Source of the DNA: Callorhinchus milii
Lineage: Eukaryota
Assembly (NCBI RefSeq): GCF_018977255.1
Contig: NW_024705309.1
Location: forward strand, 1-55,317
Reading direction: 5' to 3'
Length of the DNA stretch: 55,317 nt
Shown here: one piece after another, positions 49,201-55,317 of the stretch
Layout of the letters: every line of letters starts with the position of its first letter
Position numbering within the stretch: position 1 is the first letter of the stretch
Notes under the pieces: model-generated
Database searches by the model: none
The model's input: the letters and a program-made list of their open reading frames with translations, nothing else
What the model was told of the DNA's origin: nothing
Position numbers and translations under genes: made by a program

Positions 49201-51040
49201 ATGGTGGAAGAAGTGATACCTACATATGTCTTGGTACTTTAGTGAGGGTATCCGCAGTCAATTGGCCCTAATAACTCACCCCAAGTAAAAATTAAGACTC
49301 CCACCGAACAGGTCTCAGCATTGTCTTGCGAAATTTGGATAAGCGATCCTTTTAGGCGATTTGATGAAATTTTTACCATCGGAGGCCTGTGATGACGGCA
49401 CTTTGCTTGTCGCAATTGAGTTAGGTCCAAACGATGTGGTTCTTCTGTGAGAGATTTGTATTTGGGATATACAAAATAAAAACTATATTCATTGGAGCAA
49501 GATTTATGTCCAGGACACTTGATACTTATTCTGCATTGACCTATGCCAAGAATAAGCACGGGTTACTTTAATGTTGATCAGAGGCAGGCGGCATATTTAG
49601 AGACGGCAACGGCATTCAGGTCATCGGTGTGCGCACTTAGCATTGATCAGACATTCTCATCAGTACTCATCCCCGTGTGATCATCAACCAGGACTCTATG
49701 GTATCGCGCCTCGTCGATAGATAATTACTAATCCCTACTGATAGCCTAAGCTTACTGTACAATTGAATGTGTCTAAACGATCATGGGCCATATCACGATC
49801 TAGTCGGTGTAATGCCTCGCGCAGTTAATCCCGGAAGCTTTATCCTCCGCTCACTGAGAAGTGTGCCACTTGATCATAACAATCGTTGTGCATTCTCACA
49901 CACGAGATCGCAAACTTGTGTCGCCTATCGTAGGGCGGATTGAAGCCGGAAGAGCGGTGACGGACACTGTAGGATAAGATGGCGGAAGATTTCTTTGGGC
50001 AACGACTGTGTACCTAGTCAGTAGGCGCGATCCTGATTGGTCCGAATCAATTGAGTCAAATTGGACGATAAGATTACGGTTAAGCCACCAGTTCATATAT
50101 TAGTTGTATAAGTTAGGTGATCTAAAATATGACACATGGGCACATCCTGTAGATTAGAGAGGCGCCCCCCCGATTGACTCCTACTCCTCGAAGTGGATAA
50201 AACTGTCATCCTCTCAAAAATGAATTGTGCAGGCATTCGTACCAATAGACATGGGCCGCTGCGTCATAGGGGACTGCTTACTTAAACGTAGTAGTATCAG
50301 ATACTTTTACTCAGGTGGGGTTTGCGCTGAGGTACCAGTAGAGCCCGCGTGAATCTGGAAGGCTAGTCACATGATATGACTCTTGACACAAAACTCCTTA
50401 GCAAAATAAAGACACAGGGGCGTCTCCGACGCCGCACCTAATGCAACACTCTTGTAGCGTCAGTCGTCACCTATACAGAGATGCCGGCACCTACCTTCGT
50501 AAAGAAAGCCACTAGAGCTCAATGTCTCCAGAATAACGCACAAGCTTGAAACTATGTGCGGGCGGGTACGGGTGGACTTCTGCTATAGCTTTAGAAACGC
50601 GGTTAAATAGGCCAGGTCACTTCTAGAACCTGACATAACTTTTTAAAGGCAGGTAGTAGTCTCGAATTCTGTGAGCACCGACGCGCACGGATTATTCCGG
50701 CGGTTGTCGAAAGAGGCATGACCAGCTAGCTTGCATACATACTGCAGGATCCTGGACTGGCACAAGATCATCTAGGCCTCGTATTACACATGAGGTCAAT
50801 TAAAGGACTGACGAGCTGAACATGACATTCCTCATGTTCCAAGGAGATAGTTTCTTTGACCTTAGCGTAGCAGACGCCCTCACGTGACATAAACGAGTCC
50901 CGACACGATACACCACATACACAGCGCTGGGGAATCAGGGACTAGAGCCTACACAAAAGAGTAGATCGCTATAAAGACCCGATGGGAGAAGCCGACAATA
51001 GCCGAGAGGCCCTTAGCGATAGCAGTCGGCCTCATAGGGG
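25232..51040. other. Featureless, random-like block (probably shuffled or synthetic); boundaries approximate
   Basis: Even base composition by eye, abundant TA/CTAG, no microsatellites, none of the repeat families seen in the flanks, longest listed ORF 137 aa with no recognisable motif. Confidence 0.85.
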
Positions 51041-51985
51041 GGCATAATTTTTAATACGAAGCACAACCTCAATATCGTACAAAAAACGCCCGAAACAACC
51101 AAAGAATATGTATCATCATTGCCTGTTTAAGAATAATGTTTTGTCATATGTATGCTGCTACGCTTTTTTCAATGAGAGCTGCATTATGTCAATCTTGTTA
51201 TTTGGCGTATGGTTTCGCACAATTCCTTGTCTGGAATTGTATTATCAATATTAAAATTCGTATTAAAAAATGCAGGATAGTATGGTTTGTTATTTGCATT
51301 TCTAGTCATGTTTAATTTATGGTAATTCACTTAGCTTGTATCTCAGTGATTTCAAAGGACATATTCTAAATAATAAAAATATCCCTTTGCCTTTGGATGT
51401 AATTATATCCAGTTGTATTTGAACTATTTAACTACAACCATGGTCCTCATGTGATTTGGAAAACAAAGTAATATTCTTGTTAATGTACCGTGTGATTGTT
51501 AAACAAAGTAATTATCTTTGTAATGTTCCGTTTTTGTATCGGAGCATTGGCAAAGTTATAAACACATGACCTGAGCTAGATTCACTCTGTTGTAGTCAAC
51601 ATTGCTAGTTATGTGGATGAGCTGGTGCCTGTCATAACATTGATTTTCCATTATTTTTTTACAAAAAGCAAATAATATACTCGTAAAAAGTTTAGGCAAA
51701 CAGGGTGAAGAAAACTGCACAGACAAGACGACAGAAAAACGTGAAATTAAATTAACTAGGCTAAATAAAAAATGAACAGAATACATTAAGTCCGATCGTG
51801 ACCCGAAATCATGACAGTTCGTTTTGTCACTTGGACATGTGAACCATTACTTCCTAATGATCATCGCCCAATGCTCGCTGGACTTGCAACGCTCACTGTC
51901 ACGGCGTCACGCAAATCGAGATGCCCGTTTCACGAATCGGCAGGAACTCACGTGTGCTTCTCGTCCCCTTGCCGCGTGACCTCAG

Positions 51986-52503
51986 ACCATGCTGCACGAT
52001 GACAGCTCGTGGAGCGATAGCCTCATGCTGGAGATCCTGGGTGATTCTGCGGTGGCGCGGCAATGCCCTGCCCTGACGCCTTGTGTCGCCCCCCACCGGT
52101 ACGGGCCCAGCTCGTCCAAAGTCTTCTCCCTGCACTGCCCGAGCAGCAGCGTTAGCAGCGGCAGCACGAGTGGCATCGGCAGCACAAGCGGCATCAGCAG
52201 CACGGACACCAGCGAAGTGGCGGAGCGCACGTGCCACGGCGACGGCGGCCAACGTAGCTCTCTCGGCACGAGCGGCCTAGCCGTGGCCATCGGCTGCGGC
52301 CAAGGCAAAGCCGACCCGATCGCGTCGTCGGCTACGACCGCCCGCTTGACCAGCCAGCCCGCAATCCTGCGTAGGGGCGGGACACGACGCCGCGTGGCGA
52401 AGCCACGGAGGGCGCGAGCTCGCTCAGCTTTGGCAGCCTGGATCTGAGCAGGACACCGCCGAAATCGAATCGCCTGCACACCCTGCCCTTCTCTCCATCA
52501 CAG
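51986..52503 (+). CDS. MYB: MYB-family exon (TMLHDDSSWSD...PAILRR...LHTLPFSPSQ), one apparent 1-nt deletion
   Basis: CTCAG| acceptor, CAG|GTGATG donor. Contains MYB motifs PAILR and TLPFSPSQ. 518 nt; adding a G at 52374-52377 gives 173 codons. Confidence 0.88.
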
Positions 52504-53140
52504 GTGATGTACAATGCTCGGTTTGGCTCAAATTAAGATTTACATCGTGTGGACATGAATCCCGTGAGACACACCCACCTTAGTGGCAATAATGACCCTG
52601 CAGGAAGCAGTCGTGCTTCCTTACAGGGTCTTTTTGATCTAGGTCTGCAGATTATGAGTTACGTATCCTGAAAATAACAATACGGTTCTGAAAAATAATT
52701 GCGCTGACATCCTAAAGTGGGATTCTCTTAAAATGTCTTGATTGGTGAGCCTTTTCCAGGAAAACAAATACATGCATTGACAATTTTGCATTGCTTTGAT
52801 GTAATGATTTTTGATGACGTTTCTATTCATTATCAATCAATGTATTGACTGTGGCTGCTATTCGGAGTCAATTTCATTCCAGGTGTCGAGGTTGTGTTTG
52901 GGTAATGTAAAAAACTAATTCAAACATCCACCAAAAAGTTAAGAAGGGCCCAGCTGAAGCAGCCAAAGTGGTGTTAGGGAGTAGGTTTCGGGTTGGTAGG
53001 CATGCTAATACTTTTAGCTGGTTTGCTCGGCTACCGCCAGTGCTTGGTTGGCTAATGTTCTTTACATTTCATTTCTGGTGTGCCCTTTGCCTTGCGGAAT
53101 GCTACATTGATGTTATGGCGTTGTGGATTTTTCCGTGCAG

Positions 53141-53193
53141 TTCTTGAACACGGCGGAGCGGGAGAAGCTACAGATGGAAACGCCGTCCCTTAC
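53141..53193 (+). CDS. MYB: MYB exon, 5' part (FLNTAEREKLQMETPSL-T), cut by the inversion breakpoint
   Basis: GTGCAG| acceptor. Continues LPFSPSQ|FLN and matches FLN....LE.PSLT of c-/A-/B-Myb. Confidence 0.92.
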
Positions 53194-53239
53194 GGAGCAC
53201 GTCCCTGAGGTCCTCCTCAAGATGGGAGGGGGTCCGCGG
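53194..53239 (-). CDS. MYB: MYB downstream exon, 5' part (PRTPSHLEEDLRDVL), in the inverted segment
   Basis: Minus-strand CCCCAG| acceptor. Matches c-Myb PQTPSHLVEDLQDVI. Confidence 0.9.
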
Positions 53240-53549
53240 CTGGGGGCACACAATGGCATTCGCGCCAATTATCACCACTCCAATTAGTTGAGAGCGTGTG
53301 GTTTTTGGCTGAAGCATTGAAAAAAATATTATGCAATGCCAAGAACAAAATGCCACTCCAAACTGAAGCGGTTTTGGCCCGTCTACTCACAGCGCTTCTC
53401 AAACCATCAGTCTCAATTCTGCTGTTGTAATTAAAGGGTGGTGGTACCTTGGGGTAAAAACAAATAGGTGAAGCACAATACTCACCCACCACTCCCCATC
53501 TGTCGATCTAGCCATAACTACATCTTTAATTAATTTACAGTATCGTTTT

Positions 53550-53680
53550 CAATCTCCTGCTGGATGAAGGCCTTCCCGCAAGCGGTGTTGATCATGAGAT
53601 GAACGGGTGGCCAAGACAGGTTTTAATATCACTCGCCACCTATGTAGCCATGTTCTGCAATCACACTCAGGGTTGACGGG
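53550..53680 (-). mobile_element. RTE-like LINE 3' remnant
   Basis: Minus strand gives RW..DIK..LG and KAFIQQ fragments typical of RTE ORF ends. Confidence 0.45.
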
Positions 53681-54427
53681 TTCATAGTGCAAGACAGCCT
53701 TAAAACAGTACATGTATGCATCCTTGGCTGCTCCGTTCACAAACTTGAACTGATCACCATGGAAGTATATGGTCAAACAACCCCCATGACGGACACAAAA
53801 CAGAGGGGGCATTCATCCAGCAGTGAATTAACAAAGGGAATGCAAATGACTATTTTAAATGATTCATCCATTGCTTCAACCACCGCACCCATCCAACTGT
53901 GATTTATATTTATACCTGATTACTGATTGTGGTTACATCTATGCTAAAATGTTCAAAGGTCAGTTAATTTAGGACCTTCTGACACTTCAATATGAAAATG
54001 TGGCCGGCATTACAGCCTTGCAATCAGAAATATAATTCATGCCACCAGGAGTTTGTTATTCCAAGGCAAGCTGTAGCTTCGGATAATCTCCAGCATGAAA
54101 CAAAAAGCTCACAAAACACTAATGACATTGCCATGTTTGTATTCACAGCCATTATAAGATCTCAAAACCTGTTTAACACTTTTTAATATTCTGCAAGATT
54201 ACATATTAGTTACACAAGGATCAAAAGACACCTGCTGTTTGTCATTATCCAAGCTGTTTTACAGATAAACTCACAAGAAGGGAATGGCAGATTTCCAAAA
54301 ATAAATATTTCATCAACATTTTGATGTAAATCTACACGATTTATTCACAACAGCATGGTCGTGTCGTGGTAAAAAGCAACTTCTGGATCACGAGGTAAAT
54401 TAAGTACAGGGTCTTGCTGTCGCTCAC

Positions 54428-54541
54428 CAGTCCCTTGAGAGGTCCGTATTTCACCTCTTGTGCCGCCAGAGCGTTTTTGAATGGCGTGGGTGTCCTTGGG
54501 TAGTCTCCATTAGTGAGCATCGGATGTTGGGTGTCCTGAAC
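54428..54541 (-). CDS. MYB: MYB conserved C-terminal-region exon (FRTPNIRCSLMETTPRTPTPFKNALAAQEVKYGPLKGL), in the inverted segment, one apparent 1-nt deletion
   Basis: PRTPTPFKNALAAQE.KYGPLK is the MYB C-terminal signature. GCACAG| acceptor and CTG|GTGAGC donor on the minus strand. Frame restored by one base at 54498-54500. Confidence 0.95.
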
Positions 54542-55233
54542 CTGTGCGCCCCATTGAGCGACGGCGGCAGAGAAAGTGGTGAGCGCAGGGGCCGACGGGG
54601 CAGGCAAAGAGGCTCGCATAACAGTCAATCGAAACAAACTGTATGACTCAATACAGGTTTTTTGGGTTAGATCACGTAAATATGTGTTGTTAAACCCGCC
54701 GCCACCACCCGACACAGCCAATTAGTAAGGTTTGTCATATAAACAAAAGATGCTAATTCGTTACTAGTAGAGCAGATCGGTGTGTTGGATAGCAAAGCCA
54801 CAACATTTACAATCTGAAGTATGACGTTTAGCCAGCAATTACAACTAGCTTCATCAGGCGACAGCCAGATTTGTGGAGAAATCCTCCTGTTTCGTTCCTT
54901 CAATTGAGGTACAAACTGTATTACTGCCACTAAACCTGTAAGTTCAAGTGAATATTTAAGTGGTAGACAGCCCTGAAGCTTGCTCAGACCATTGGTGGCG
55001 GAAAAGGGCCTCCACTGAGGAAACTTACGAGAGCGTCTCGAGAAGGTATTTTTGGCCGACTCTTCCACGATGGCCAGATGTTTTATAAGAGGTGCGAGTG
55101 TACCCACACGTTATCTTACCACACACAACGCTGTCCCAATCAACCAACTGTGGTGTAACCCCATTTTTACTCTCCAAATTGCCCGTCTTGTTAGTACATG
55201 GTCATAGGTGAATTCAGGTGTGATCGTGCGCAC

Positions 55234-55317
55234 CCGTTTTGCTTGGTATGGCCAGGCGTGCACTCTCTCTGCAGTGGCGTCCCGACCGTGAGCTTCTGGC
55301 GAGAGACGGGCGTCGAT
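55234..55317 (-). CDS. MYB: MYB exon, 3' part (STPVSRQKLTVGTPLQRECTPGHTKQNG), continuation of 53141-53193
   Basis: Matches c-Myb STPLIGHKLTVTTPFHRD. GG|GTGCGC donor, phase 2, fitting the next exon's phase. Confidence 0.92.

Noticed and set aside
50609..50624. GGCCAGGTCACTTCT match to the V-SINE fragment at ~10366
   Set aside because: Isolated 15-mer with no flanking similarity, about chance expectation
25232..51040. Viral, phage or horizontally transferred insert
   Set aside because: No long ORFs, gene-like density, terminal repeats or recognisable domains
53195..53290. Plus-strand continuation of the MYB exon via a frameshift (STSLRSS...IITTP)
   Set aside because: Better explained by the inversion: this DNA is the next exon and intron on the minus strand, and the true continuation is at 55234-55317
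53908..53935. ATTTATACCTGATTACTGATTG resembling the hammerhead repeat start
   Set aside because: Core CTGATGA is broken and there is no stem II partner or GAAA

Overview
Eukaryotic, intron-rich genomic DNA, most likely lamprey (inferred from V-SINE, L2, RTE and Penelope-type repeats and GC-rich low-complexity exons). (1) 1-~17.8 kb: the 3' half of a protein 4.1 (EPB41-family) gene on the + strand, with variable-region exons, four recognisable C-terminal-domain exons, a probable 3'UTR intron and a polyA signal. (2) ~23.9-24.45 kb: a CpG-rich promoter (GT boxes, CRE, Ets, CArG, NRF1, E2F) and a short phase-2 first coding exon that probably belong to a MYB-family gene. (3) After a 30-N gap, ~25.2-51.0 kb looks like random or shuffled sequence, with no repeats, exons or microsatellites. 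It sits where the MYB DNA-binding exons should be and I treat it as probably non-biological. (4) 51.9-55.3 kb: C-terminal MYB exons, of which the last 2124 bp (53194-55317) are precisely reverse-complemented, splitting one exon mid-codon. Four apparent single-base deletions in homopolymer runs break otherwise intact frames and suggest assembly error. The best biological leads are Penelope-like insertions carrying minimal hammerhead ribozymes (one apparently intact), a Helentron-associated (HINE/DINE-1-like) element, candidate microexons, and a minisatellite born inside an L2 fragment. I found no convincing evidence of a wholly new gene system. All family assignments come from recalled motifs, not database searches.
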